Shown piece after piece: positions 28,912-41,542 of a stretch of DNA of 64,000 nt (positions are counted from its first letter, which is position 1; each line of letters starts with the position of its first letter). Source of the DNA: Myxococcota bacterium (lineage in GTDB: Bacteria > Myxococcota > JACRCW01); contig JBFMGU010000007.1 of assembly GCA_040752415.1 (NCBI GenBank), positions 1 through 64,000 of the forward strand. The letters run 5' to 3'. Below the pieces are notes generated by a model. It was not told the origin of the DNA. It did no database searches and saw only the letters and a program-made list of their open reading frames with translations. Made by a program: the position numbers and the translations under genes.

Positions 28912-30738
28912 ATGATCGCAAAGGCTCTTCGTTACCTGCTTCCTGCGCTGCTCGCCCTCGCGGTTGCCGCGCCGGCTTCCGCGGTCAAGGGGAAGGGCGG
29001 AAAACGCACCGTGGGCCTGGCGTTGGATGATGGCTCGTCGCGTTCCGGCGGCGCGGCGCGCAAGGCGCTGGTCATTGGAAACGCGGCCTACCCGGGGAGC
29101 CCGCTGCCCAACACCAAACGCGACGCGCGCGACGTCGCCAAGGCGCTGGAGGACATTGGCTTCACGGTGCACTCCGCGCTGGACCTGAACCTCAAAGGCT
29201 TCCGCAAGACGACCAATGACTTCCTGGATGACATCGGGAAGGGCGACATCGTCTTCGTCTTCTACGCGGGCCACGGCGTGGAGATCGACGGAACGAACTA
29301 CCTGGTGCCCATAGACTTCAGCGCCCAGCGCGCTTCGGATGTGGCCTATGAAGCCTATCCGCTCAACCAGCTCCTCGAGGGTATCCAGCAGCAGAAGCCC
29401 GCGGTGACCGTGGTGGTGCTGGATGCGTGTCGGAACAATCCCTTCCTGGCCAACCGGTCCTTCGGCAAGCGCGGTCTGGCGCAGGTGAACGCGGGGGAGG
29501 GAACGCTGATTGCCTACGCAACCTCACCCGGCAAGACCGCCAGCGACGGTGCCGCCAACGGCAACGGTGTGTTTACCGCGTCGCTGGTGAAATACCTGAA
29601 GAAGCCCGGCGTGGACATTGAAGGCGTCTTCAAGGAAGTCAGCGACGACGTGGCCACGAAGACCGCGCGCGAGCAGATTCCGTGGCGCTCCAGCAGCATC
29701 GTGGGGCGGTTCTATCTTGCCGGCGAGCCCGCAGCGGAAGAAGACGAAGCGCCCACGAAGTCTTCCAGGCGCAGGCCGCACGAGGAGGAAGAGGAAGAAG
29801 TGGTGGAAGAGCCGGCTCCCGCCAAGGTTGTGAAGGAGGAACCGCGGAAGCCGCTCAAGGGTAGGAGCGGACTGTGTTGGGAACAGGTGGTGCGCAAGCC
29901 GTGGTTCCAGGGTGCCAGTGCCATCATGCCCTTCACGCTCGACGACCAGCCGCACGTGGTGGCGTACCAGCGCGGGACCGGCAAGGTGATCACCGCGCGC
30001 ATCCGTCACGACGGTGAGGCGCCCGAGCAGCTTTGGCAGGGGAAGTGGAAGACGGGCTGGCAGGGCTTCATGCCGTTCATGCTCAATGGAAGCCCCCACT
30101 TTTTCCTCTACAACGCGGACACCGGCCAGGCGCAGTACGAGGCTTGGATTCGTGGAGCGAGGGATTCCCTCACCAAGCGTTATGCGTCGTGGCGAAAGGG
30201 ATACACGTGGTTTGTTGCTTTCGAGCTCGTCGGATTTCCTGCCTTCATGGGCTACGCTGGACACTCCGGTGATGCGGTCATCTGGCGGGTAGACGGGGAT
30301 CTCAAAGACCCGAACCTCATTGAGACCAACGCTGGCACCGGCATGACCACGGCGACGACGTACAAGGTGGGAGAGACGACGTACTACTTCTTCTACATGG
30401 CGGCCGACGGAATCGCGGGATCCAGCCGCCTCAATGTGCAAGGCGACGATTTCCAGGTGGTCTCCGTTGCCAAGAGTGTCCCCGTGGAGAAGGGGCTGGC
30501 GTGGGTGGAGCCGGTCGTCGTGGGCAAGACGCCCTACCAACTGGGGTACCGTGCGGAAGACGGCGCGATGGTGATCTACCGTGGGAGCGCCGATTCCACG
30601 TCGTGGAAGGGAGTGGCGGAGGAGTCGTGGGGCACTGGAATCACCGGCCACGCCAGCTACGAGCATGAAGGTCGGAAGTACCTGATGCTCTACAAGGCGG
30701 AGAGCGGTGAGCTGGAAATCCGTCGCTCATGCCAATGA
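28912..30738 (+). CDS. Exported caspase-family (peptidase C14, metacaspase-like) protein with C-terminal six-repeat beta-propeller-like domain
   Basis: Signal peptide LALAVAAPASA; KALVIGNAAY, FYAGHG, VLDACRNNP, QIPW; six ~48-aa repeats. Confidence 0.9.
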   Translation: MIAKALRYLLPALLALAVAAPASAVKGKGGKRTVGLALDDGSSRSGGAARKALVIGNAAYPGSPLPNTKRDARDVAKALEDIGFTVHSALDLNLKGFRKTTNDFLDDIGKGDIVFVFYAGHGVEIDGTNYLVPIDFSAQRASDVAYEAYPLNQLLEGIQQQKPAVTVVVLDACRNNPFLANRSFGKRGLAQVNAGEGTLIAYATSPGKTASDGAANGNGVFTASLVKYLKKPGVDIEGVFKEVSDDVATKTAREQIPWRSSSIVGRFYLAGEPAAEEDEAPTKSSRRRPHEEEEEEVVEEPAPAKVVKEEPRKPLKGRSGLCWEQVVRKPWFQGASAIMPFTLDDQPHVVAYQRGTGKVITARIRHDGEAPEQLWQGKWKTGWQGFMPFMLNGSPHFFLYNADTGQAQYEAWIRGARDSLTKRYASWRKGYTWFVAFELVGFPAFMGYAGHSGDAVIWRVDGDLKDPNLIETNAGTGMTTATTYKVGETTYYFFYMAADGIAGSSRLNVQGDDFQVVSVAKSVPVEKGLAWVEPVVVGKTPYQLGYRAEDGAMVIYRGSADSTSWKGVAEESWGTGITGHASYEHEGRKYLMLYKAESGELEIRRSCQ

Positions 30739-30982
30739 GCTTCCATCGTCGACGGAAGAGAGGCGTGCGTTGCGGCAGCCGAGGCTGCACCTGAAGAAGC
30801 ACCAAGCCCCGCCCTCGGCGTCCGGCTGCACGCTTGGTCGTCGGCGGGGCCTTGCGTTGGTGACGTCACGAAGCGTGGCTGGAGCAAAGGGAGTGTGGCG
30901 GTGACGCCGTCACAAACCATTCCTTAACGACGTCACCTACCACCACCAACGCAGAGCCCGCCGACGGCAGAGGAGCAGCCCC

Positions 30983-33868
<2,886 letters not shown>

Positions 33869-33921
33869 GACTGCGGCTTTCTCCTCGAGAGGAAGAACGA
33901 AGAAATCCTAAGCTCCGGCGC

Positions 33922-35202
33922 TCAACCGCCGCTGCCGAGCAGGCCGTGCTCGGGACCGGCGGGGTTGGCCTTGGGGGCGGTGGCGGCGCTGCCGGCCTGC
34001 GGGGAACCGTGACGGGGCGTGCGCAGGTTGGCGGGCGGGAGCTCTCCGGCCACCACCTCGCCGGTGGCGGGGGAGCCCAGCTCCACGGGCACGGGCTGCT
34101 TGCCCACCATGCGCTGGTAGCGGCTGAACAGCGCCACGGCGCCCTCGGCGCGGGAGACCTGGAGGTCCAGGCCGCGCTGGAGGTGGAAGTGGAGGTGGGG
34201 CAGGTCGGAGGCGCCGCTGTTGCCCACCCGGCCCACGATCTGGCCCGGCACCACCTTGTCACCCACCTCGACGACAATGCTGCCCTTCATGAGATGCGCC
34301 ATCACGCTGGCCACGCCGTGCCCGTGGTCAATGACGACGTGGTTTCCGTACGGCGAGAGGTCGTCGCGCGCGCCCACCGGGTTGTCATTGAGGGTGCTCT
34401 CGCGCGCCACCACGGTGCCCGCGCCTGGTGCGTACACCTCGGCGCCAAAACCCACGTAGTCGGTCACGCGGGTGCCGTCGCCCTTGTAGAAGGTGTCGTC
34501 GGGGGCCAGCAGCACGAAGTCCGAGGCGTAACGCTGCGCGTTCAGCGGGCTGAAGATGCGACGGTGGTGCGTCTCGTAGTCGTGGCCCTCAATGACGAGC
34601 CAGCGCCCGGCGACGGGAAGGCGCAGCGGCACGATGGGCCTGGCTTCCACCGGGTGCACGTCCACCGACGAGGTGGCGACCTTTCCGTGATCGTCGACGT
34701 AGTAGAAGGTGTAGCTCAGGCGTTTGAGCGGCTCGTCGGTGCCGAAGGAGTGCCACGGGTTGAAGAAGAGCACGCGCCCGCCGGCGGGGATGGGCCCGCG
34801 CACGTCAAAGGCCTGGCTCCCCAGGAAGCGGCTGCCCTCGAACACCGCCACGTCGGAGAAGTTGCCCTGGTAGTTGCCGGGGACGAGCTGGCGGAAGCGG
34901 CTGAGGGCGCCGGCGGCGTCGTAGGTGCGCACCAGCACGTTGAGCAGCTTCACCGGACCGCCCACCGCGTCCAGCCGGAACTCGAAGTTGAGCTGCTGCT
35001 GTCCGCCCGCGCGCTCCACGACGGGAGTCTCAGGGAAGACGCGGATCTCCAGGGAGGCGCCCTCCCCGCGCGCGGGCGGGGGCGGAGGCGGAGGCACCGG
35101 GGAGGCATGCACCAGCCCCACCAGGCACGTCGTCACCAGCGCCCCCGCGAGGGCACACCGCCACAGGCTGCGACGAGGGTGGGACGGGCGGTGCGGGATC
35201 AT
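33922..35202 (-). CDS. Secreted M23-family metallopeptidase
   Basis: Signal peptide; RYASDF, YGNHVVIDHG, AHLMKGS, GNSGASDLPHLHFHL. Confidence 0.9.
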   Translation of the reverse strand: MIPHRPSHPRRSLWRCALAGALVTTCLVGLVHASPVPPPPPPPARGEGASLEIRVFPETPVVERAGGQQQLNFEFRLDAVGGPVKLLNVLVRTYDAAGALSRFRQLVPGNYQGNFSDVAVFEGSRFLGSQAFDVRGPIPAGGRVLFFNPWHSFGTDEPLKRLSYTFYYVDDHGKVATSSVDVHPVEARPIVPLRLPVAGRWLVIEGHDYETHHRRIFSPLNAQRYASDFVLLAPDDTFYKGDGTRVTDYVGFGAEVYAPGAGTVVARESTLNDNPVGARDDLSPYGNHVVIDHGHGVASVMAHLMKGSIVVEVGDKVVPGQIVGRVGNSGASDLPHLHFHLQRGLDLQVSRAEGAVALFSRYQRMVGKQPVPVELGSPATGEVVAGELPPANLRTPRHGSPQAGSAATAPKANPAGPEHGLLGSGG

Positions 35203-35376
35203 GGGCTCCTGCGCGTCAAAAGGGAGGCCTAGCTAGCGGAGGCACGCCCCCTTATCACGCCGCCGGGCGGTGTCTCAGCCGCGGGCAGGGGCGGACCGCG
35301 GTGCCGTTTTGGCAGGGGCTGGCGCGGGTGGCTCACGAACCGGGCGCTCGCCCATTCCGTGACCGCACAATGCTCT

Positions 35377-35652
35377 TCATTGTCGACGGGGACGCAGCAC
35401 GAGCAGCAGCACCCCGTTGACCAGGAGCCCCAGCACCGTCATCAGCGGCACGGTGATGATGAGTCCCATCATCGTCTTCGCCACACCTTCCGCGCCCTGC
35501 AGCATGGCCGGCACGTGCATGGCCACCACGAAGATGAGCGTGCCCGGCACCACCCGCAGCGCCTTGGCGGTGGGATGACGCTGACGCACCGCGTGGTGCC
35601 ACAGCGCGGTGATGAGCACCGTGATGAGGATGTGGAGGATCCCCGCCGTCAC
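35377..35652 (-). CDS. Small membrane protein (about 3 TM)
   Basis: Hydrophobic segments; co-oriented between gcvH and the M23 gene. Confidence 0.6.
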   Translation of the reverse strand: MTAGILHILITVLITALWHHAVRQRHPTAKALRVVPGTLIFVVAMHVPAMLQGAEGVAKTMMGLIITVPLMTVLGLLVNGVLLLVLRPRRQ

Positions 35653-35698
35653 CTCGCCACTCCGTGCGGGATGGGACAGCGGGGCATCTGCGGACCGC

Positions 35699-36085
35699 TC
35701 AGTGCGCGGTGTCCTTGAGCAGCTTCTCGTACGCGGCGGCGTCGAGGAGTGCGTTCAGCTCCCCCTGGTCCTTGATCTCGATCTTGACCATCCAGGCCTT
35801 GCCGTAGGGGTCCTGGTTGACCTGCTGCGGCGCGCCCACCACGTCCTGGTTGGACTCCACCACCTTGCCGCTGATGGGGCTGTAGATGTCACTGACGGCC
35901 TTGACGCTCTCCACCACGCCCAGCGGCTGGTGCGCGCTCACGGTGGTTCCCGCCTTGGGCAGCTCCAGGTAGACCACGTCTCCCAGCGCCGACTGCGCGT
36001 GATGGGTGATGCCCACCACCGCCATGTTGCCCTCCACGCGCACCCACTCGTGGTCCTTGGTGTACTTGAGCTCCTTGGGGATCAT
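35699..36085 (-). CDS. gcvH: Glycine cleavage system H protein
   Basis: YTKDHEWV, GITHHAQSALGDVVY, lipoyl motif VESVKAVSD, DPYGKAW. Confidence 0.98.
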   Translation of the reverse strand: MIPKELKYTKDHEWVRVEGNMAVVGITHHAQSALGDVVYLELPKAGTTVSAHQPLGVVESVKAVSDIYSPISGKVVESNQDVVGAPQQVNQDPYGKAWMVKIEIKDQGELNALLDAAAYEKLLKDTAH

Positions 36086-36115
36086 GCTTCCTCCGACGTC
36101 AATTGCCCTGCGTTG

Positions 36116-37219
36116 TCACTTCTTGCCCTTGTCCAGGAACGGCGTCTTCACCACGCGCGCCGGTGCCGGCTTGCCGCGGATGTCCACCAGCACGCGGCTG
36201 TCCACGGCGGAGAGCGCGGTGGGGACGTACGCCATGGCAATGGCCTTCTTGAGGCTGGGGCTCTGCGTGCCGCTGGTGACCTCACCAATCACCGCGCCCT
36301 TCTCGTCCACGACCTTGTAGCCGTGCCGCGCAATGCGGCCGTCCTCCACCTCCAGGCCCACGAGCTTGCGCGTCACGCCGCGCGCCTTCTGCTCCTCGAG
36401 CACCTTCTTGCCAATGAAGTCGCCCTTCTGCAGCTTGACGATCCAGCCCAGGCCCGCCTCCAGCGGGGTGTGGTCGTCGTCGATGTCGTTGCCGTAGAGC
36501 GCGTACTTCATCTCCAGGCGCAACGTGTCGCGCGCGCCCAGGCCAATGGGACGCACGCCCAGGTCCTGGCCCTTGTCCATCAGCGCGTCCCACACCTGCG
36601 CGCCGTCCTGGGCGGGGATGTACAGCTCAAAGCCGTCCTCACCGGTGTAGCCGGTGCGGCTGATGATGACGTCCTTGACGCCGGCCACCTCACCCACGGC
36701 GAAGTGGTAGGTCTTGATGTCGTCGAGCTTGGTGGTGGTGAGGCGTTGCACCAGCTGCGCGGCCTTGGGACCCTGCACGGCAATCTGCGCGAACTCGTCG
36801 GAGCGGTCCACCACCTCCGCCTCACCGCGGGCCTGCGAGCGCATCCACTCGAAGTCCTTGTGGCGGTTGGAGGCGTTCACGCAGATGAAGATGCGCGTGG
36901 GGCTGAAGCGGTAGACCACGATGTCGTCGACGAAGCCGCCCTTCTCATTGAGCAGCCCGCTGTAGACCGCCTGTCCGTCCTGGATGGCCGCCACGTCGTT
37001 GGTGACCAGGCGCTGCGCCACGTCCAGGGCCTTGGGGCCACGAATCTCCACCTCGCCCATGTGGCTGACGTCGAAGAGGCCCACCGCGTTCCGCACCGCC
37101 TCGTGCTCCTCGATGACGCCCTTGTACTGCACGGGCATCTCGTAGCCGGCAAAGGGAACCAGGCGCGCGCCGGCGCGTTGGTGGACCTCGTAGAGCGGCG
37201 TTCGGAGCAGGTCGGCCAT
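36116..37219 (-). CDS. gcvT: Aminomethyltransferase, T protein
   Basis: RTPLY..H, FAGYEMPVQY, FDVSHMG, SRTGYTGEDGFE, GLGARDTLRLE. Confidence 0.98.
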   Translation of the reverse strand: MADLLRTPLYEVHQRAGARLVPFAGYEMPVQYKGVIEEHEAVRNAVGLFDVSHMGEVEIRGPKALDVAQRLVTNDVAAIQDGQAVYSGLLNEKGGFVDDIVVYRFSPTRIFICVNASNRHKDFEWMRSQARGEAEVVDRSDEFAQIAVQGPKAAQLVQRLTTTKLDDIKTYHFAVGEVAGVKDVIISRTGYTGEDGFELYIPAQDGAQVWDALMDKGQDLGVRPIGLGARDTLRLEMKYALYGNDIDDDHTPLEAGLGWIVKLQKGDFIGKKVLEEQKARGVTRKLVGLEVEDGRIARHGYKVVDEKGAVIGEVTSGTQSPSLKKAIAMAYVPTALSAVDSRVLVDIRGKPAPARVVKTPFLDKGKK

Positions 37220-37433
37220 GGCAGAACTCCACAGGAGGGCGACGGGGAGGCGCACACTAGCCGCCCGGGGAGGAAAGACAAGGGCAGAGTGACGTGGGAA
37301 ATGAATAAGCGGCCGGAATCAGGGCGGATTTGCGAAGGGCGCGGAAACCGCCGTCGAAGGTGCGGAACCGGCACCCGGTGCTGCGGACGCTCAAGGCTGG
37401 TGCCGGGGTGAGAACCCGCGGCGCTGTGGAAGA

Positions 37434-37854
37434 GCCTGCTGTGGACTGACCTGCGGAGCCACTTCCACCGCCTCAAAGTCCACAGCAGGCCAAAACCGCC
37501 GCGTAAGCCCCGTCGAGCAGGAGCTCTCCGGGGCTTCTTCCGTTGAGGATGCGCTTGGCCGGATACCTTCGACGACGTCGCCGCAGGAAGTGGATCTGCG
37601 AATGGAAGAAGCCCCGGAGAGCTTTGCTCGACGGGGCTTATGCGGCGGTGTTGGCCTGTTGTGGACTTTGAAGCGGTGGAAGTAGCTGCGCAGGTCAGTC
37701 CACAGCAGGCTTTCGCGCGGCGGCCCAAGCGGAGGCGGCACCACGAATGGAAGAAGCCCGGAGAGCTTTGCTCGACGGGGCTTACGCGGCGGTATTGGCC
37801 TGCTGTGGACTTTGAAGCGGTGGAAGTAGCAGCGCAGGTCAGTCCCCAGCAGGC
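37434..37854. repeat. Three copies of ~110-bp two-hairpin family B (37434-37544 +, 37601-37710 -, 37746-37854 -)
   Basis: Unit GCCTGCTGTGGACT-loop-AGTCCACAGCAGGC...GCGTAAGCCCCG-loop-CGGGGCTTCTTCC; copies 2 and 3 are a direct tandem, inverted relative to copy 1. Confidence 0.92.
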
Positions 37855-37996
37855 CAAGCGCTTTCCCCGTTGATGGATGCCCTGGCCGGGTTCCCAACCA
37901 CGGTGGCCCCGCGGGCCGTCGTTTACCTCGCAGGGAATGGTGCCCGACCGCGCCAAGCATCACCCTGCACCCATCAACCCAACCCCGGAGTCACCC

Positions 37997-38320
37997 ATGC
38001 GCCTCTCTCCTCGTCTCGTCCTCTTCGCGGTCCTCCTCGTCGTGCACGGCGTCATCACCGCGCTGGCCATGGCGGAGTTCGGCTACGTTGCGCTGTTCGA
38101 GCGGGCGCTGGCGGACTGGGCGTCCCGGCAGGTCTTCTCCGACCTCAGCGTCTCGCTGGTGCTCATCACCGTGTGGATGCTGAAGGACGGCCGGGAGCGC
38201 GGCATCAACGCGTGGCCGTACGTGGTGCTCACCCTGCCGCTCGGCTCGTTTGCGCCGCTGTTCTACCTCTTCCACCGGGAGCTCCCTGCCGCCGCAACGC
38301 GAGGCCTGGCGCGGGCTTGA
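37997..38320 (+). CDS. Small membrane protein (DUF2834-like)
   Basis: GGAG RBS; QVFSDL...WMLKDGRERG..WPY..LT..LGSFAPLFYL. Confidence 0.75.
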   Translation: MRLSPRLVLFAVLLVVHGVITALAMAEFGYVALFERALADWASRQVFSDLSVSLVLITVWMLKDGRERGINAWPYVVLTLPLGSFAPLFYLFHRELPAAATRGLARA

Positions 38321-38343
38321 CGTCGACAACGACGGCGGGCCAC

Positions 38344-39201
38344 ATGGTGGGCATGCGCCAGGAACACACCGCGACGAAACCCGGGAAGGTCAGCGCCGTG
38401 GGCTGGATGCTGCGCGACTGGCGCGCCGCGCGTGGACTCAGCCAGTTGGACCTGGCGCAGGAGGCGGGCGTCTCCACGCGTCACCTCAGCTTCGTCGAGA
38501 CCGGGCGCGCCGAGCCCAGCCGAGAACTGCTCCTCAAGCTCTCCACCGTGCTCGGCATGCCGCCGCGGGAACGCAACGCGCTGCTCTCCTCGGCGGGATA
38601 CCAGCCCATCTACAAGGAGACGCCGCTGGGCTCCCCGGGCATGGATGAGCTCCACCACGCCGTCACCCTGCTGCTCAAGCAGGCCGAGCCGTTCGGCTCC
38701 GTGGCGCTGGACCGGGACTTCGACGTCGTCATGTGCAACCGCGGCTTCGCCACCTTCGCGGCCATGCTGCTGGGACCGGAGCGCGCGCCGAAGCCCTTCG
38801 AGCTGACGTCATCACCACGGCTCAACCTGCTGGACCTGACCTTTGACCCCGTGGCCGGCGCGCGCAAGTCCATCCGCAACTGGGAGCAGGTGGCGCGTGC
38901 GGTGCTCTGGCGGGCGCGCGCGGAGCTGGCGGCCACGCGGGATCGTCACGGTCGGGAGATCCTGGAGCGCATCATGCGCCTTCCCGGCGTGGCCGAGCTG
39001 GCCTCCTCCCCCGACGAGAGCTCGGGACAAGGCCTCATCCTCCCGCTGGAACTGGAGCTGCCCGGCGTCACCCTGCGCATGTTCACCACCATCACCACGC
39101 TGGGAACTCCGCAGGACCTCACCGCCTGTGAGCTGCGCATCGAGACCTACCACCCCGCCGACGCAGCCACCGAACAGCTCGTGCGCGCCATGGCCGGCTG
39201 A
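38344..39201 (+). CDS. XRE-family HTH regulator with MmyB-like ligand-binding domain
   Basis: LRDWR...SQLDLA..AGVSTRHLSFVETGRAEPSR; ITTLGTPQD...ELRIE..HPAD. Confidence 0.92.
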   Translation: MVGMRQEHTATKPGKVSAVGWMLRDWRAARGLSQLDLAQEAGVSTRHLSFVETGRAEPSRELLLKLSTVLGMPPRERNALLSSAGYQPIYKETPLGSPGMDELHHAVTLLLKQAEPFGSVALDRDFDVVMCNRGFATFAAMLLGPERAPKPFELTSSPRLNLLDLTFDPVAGARKSIRNWEQVARAVLWRARAELAATRDRHGREILERIMRLPGVAELASSPDESSGQGLILPLELELPGVTLRMFTTITTLGTPQDLTACELRIETYHPADAATEQLVRAMAG

Positions 39202-39342
39202 CACGCGCGCTCAGGACGCGAAAACGTTGCGCCGGTGGCGACGACGTGCTCCCGGAAGAGCAATTTCGTTGACATGCTGGGCGGGGGGACCCCAAGACGC
39301 GTCATCACCATGGTCGCGGTGGCGCGGCCTTCAAGGAGCATG

Positions 39343-39834
39343 ATGATGCGTCAGAAGTTCTGGTTGCTGGGGGTCTTCTCAACATTGTTCCTGGTTGGAA
39401 GCATGTTCGCGTGCACGGACACCTCCAACAGCAGTGACACCGACCCCGAGTGCGCCGCGGGCAAGGACTGCATCTGCGACGGAGAGAACTGCAACATCTC
39501 CTGCGGCGGCGACAGCAAGTCGGACTGCGCATTCAAGTGCAAGGGCGGAGCAACCTGCATGTTCACCTGTGAGGGCGGCGGCTGCAGCGTCGAGTGCTCC
39601 GGGGATTCCAGCTGCACGGTGAACTGCGCCGGCGGTACCTGCGCCAACACCTGCACCGACGCCAAGAGCTGCCACGTGAACTGCTCCGGCAACGGCTGCG
39701 GTCTCAACTGCGGCAGCGGCGCGGAGATGTGCATGATCGAGGAGTGCACCAGCACCTGCGCGTTGGCGTGCAATGGCGCCAGCGGCTGCAGCAACAGCTG
39801 CGACGTGGCGGCGGGCTGCACCACCTCCAACTGA
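39343..39834 (+). CDS. Small, very Cys-rich lipoprotein
   Basis: AAGGAG RBS; MFAC lipobox-like; regular CxxxC repeats. Confidence 0.8.
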   Translation: MMRQKFWLLGVFSTLFLVGSMFACTDTSNSSDTDPECAAGKDCICDGENCNISCGGDSKSDCAFKCKGGATCMFTCEGGGCSVECSGDSSCTVNCAGGTCANTCTDAKSCHVNCSGNGCGLNCGSGAEMCMIEECTSTCALACNGASGCSNSCDVAAGCTTSN

Positions 39835-39877
39835 AGTCCCTGCTTCCCGCTCGCCCGGGTCGTGGCATGATGCTGCC

Positions 39878-41092
39878 ATGGTCGCGGTCGACGTCGTGGT
39901 GGTGGGTGCGGGCCCGGTGGGATGTGCCGGTGCGCTGCGACTGCACCACGCCGGCCTTCGCGTCCTCCTGCTGGAACGCAGCGCCTGGGACCGCGTCTCC
40001 CCTCCCCAGCTCACGAGCATCACCCCGCGGGCCCTGCACGACGTGGAGAGCCTGGGCCTGGCCGCGCCCATCCGCGAGGCGTGTGTCACCCGCGGCATCA
40101 CCTTCCGCATGATCAGCCACCGCGGCGCGGAGGTGCGCAAGCAGCACCCCCCGTCGGAGGCGAGGCTCTACTTCCACCGTCCGCCCGTCGACCTGGCGAT
40201 GCGGCGTCGGGTGGCCTCGTCGGGAGTTCCGCACCAGGCGGGGGTCCGACGCGTGGAGCCGCTGGTGCATGGCGGCAGGGTCACCGGCGTCCGCTACGAG
40301 AACGCCGACGGTGAACACACCGTGCAGGCTGCGTTGGTGCTCGCCGCCGACGGGCGGGGCTCACGCCTGGCGCGCGCGGTGTCGCTCCCCGCCGCGGAGG
40401 TGGGTTTCCAGCGCGTGTACCAGGGCCGGCTGCTGGCCACGGACGCCTGGCCCGACGACACGCTGGCGGTCCTGGGAACGGGAATGCCCGGGGTGACCTT
40501 CCTGGTGTTCTCGTGGCGTCGGGAGGCCGGGCGCGCGGTGTACGTGGAGCTGGAGACGGACCTGGCGCGTCACCCGGAGGCGTTGTCGACGGCATCCGGC
40601 GGGCCGGAGGCGCACTTTGAGCGCGCGGCGCGGTCGCAACCGGGACTGGCCGGGCTCCTGGCGGCTTCGCATCCCATCGAGGAGCACAGCGCGGTCACGC
40701 TCATGGGTGTGCGAAGGACACGCCTGTTCGTGCCGGGCATGTGCCTGGTGGGTGACGCCGCCGCCACGGTGGACCCGATTGGCTCGTCGGGAATGCTGCT
40801 GGGCGTCCAGGGCGTGGTGGACCTGGCGGAGCGCATCATCCGGGATGGGGTGGCGGGGTGTGACTACCGTGCGTGGGAGCAAGGCCACCTGGCACGCGTG
40901 CGTGAGATCGCGCGCTATGCGGCGCTGTTGCGCTCGTCGGTGGACCACCCGTGGCGCATGGACCTGGCGGCGCGGGTGATGGCGGCGGTTCCGTTGGCGC
41001 GGGAGCACGCGCTGGGCACCATGAACGGAACGCGCCCGTTCACGGAGATGTGGAGTCCGTCGAGGATGTGGTCCTTGTTGCGGGGAAACTGA
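39878..41092 (+). CDS. FAD-dependent oxidoreductase/monooxygenase
   Basis: VVVVGAGPVG, AADGRGS, LVGDAA..VDP. Confidence 0.88.
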   Translation: MVAVDVVVVGAGPVGCAGALRLHHAGLRVLLLERSAWDRVSPPQLTSITPRALHDVESLGLAAPIREACVTRGITFRMISHRGAEVRKQHPPSEARLYFHRPPVDLAMRRRVASSGVPHQAGVRRVEPLVHGGRVTGVRYENADGEHTVQAALVLAADGRGSRLARAVSLPAAEVGFQRVYQGRLLATDAWPDDTLAVLGTGMPGVTFLVFSWRREAGRAVYVELETDLARHPEALSTASGGPEAHFERAARSQPGLAGLLAASHPIEEHSAVTLMGVRRTRLFVPGMCLVGDAAATVDPIGSSGMLLGVQGVVDLAERIIRDGVAGCDYRAWEQGHLARVREIARYAALLRSSVDHPWRMDLAARVMAAVPLAREHALGTMNGTRPFTEMWSPSRMWSLLRGN

Positions 41093-41526
41093 TGGCTTCA
41101 TTCGGGATGGGCGTCACGCGCATGCTGGAGGACTTCATGGCATTCCTGAATGTCGACCTGGACGTTGTGGCGAAGGTGGAACCCACGGAGCTCCACCAGG
41201 TGCTCGACAAGAAACTCGTCACGCTCCACGCGGAGCACGGCGACTTTCGAACCACGCGGTGGTACCGCCGGTGTTGGGTCGCCACCTACGAGGTTCGTCG
41301 GGGACCACGGGATGTTGATCACGCGATCAAGCAGTTCCACCACGTCATTCTGAGCCTGCGGGGAAGGGCGCGCACGCAGTGGCAGCAGGCGACGGTGCGA
41401 CAGATGAGCATCGGGATCGAACAAGAAGCAGCGCGCCTCTACAGCTTCATCTCCGCAACGAGTGTGGCCCGGATGCAGGAGGTGGGGTGCTCGATGGAGA
41501 TCGTTGTATACCCTCGAGACCTCTGA
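41092..41526 (+). CDS. Hypothetical protein
   Basis: TGATG overlap with the upstream stop; globular composition (FLNVDLDV...IVVYP). Confidence 0.6.
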   Translation: MASFGMGVTRMLEDFMAFLNVDLDVVAKVEPTELHQVLDKKLVTLHAEHGDFRTTRWYRRCWVATYEVRRGPRDVDHAIKQFHHVILSLRGRARTQWQQATVRQMSIGIEQEAARLYSFISATSVARMQEVGCSMEIVVYPRDL

Positions 41527-41542
41527 GGACTGGGTTGTTGGA

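Noticed and set aside
30858..30940. GGTGACGTC...GACGTCACC inverted repeat between convergent genes
   Set aside because: Short and degenerate; cannot be distinguished from chance or a weak terminator in GC-rich DNA.
37330..37400. Glycine riboswitch-like words (GAAGGTGC...CTCAAGG)
   Set aside because: Wrong strand for gcvT, and the other conserved aptamer elements are missing.
37434..37854. CRISPR array
   Set aside because: Units are ~110 bp, only three, in mixed orientation, and there are no cas genes.
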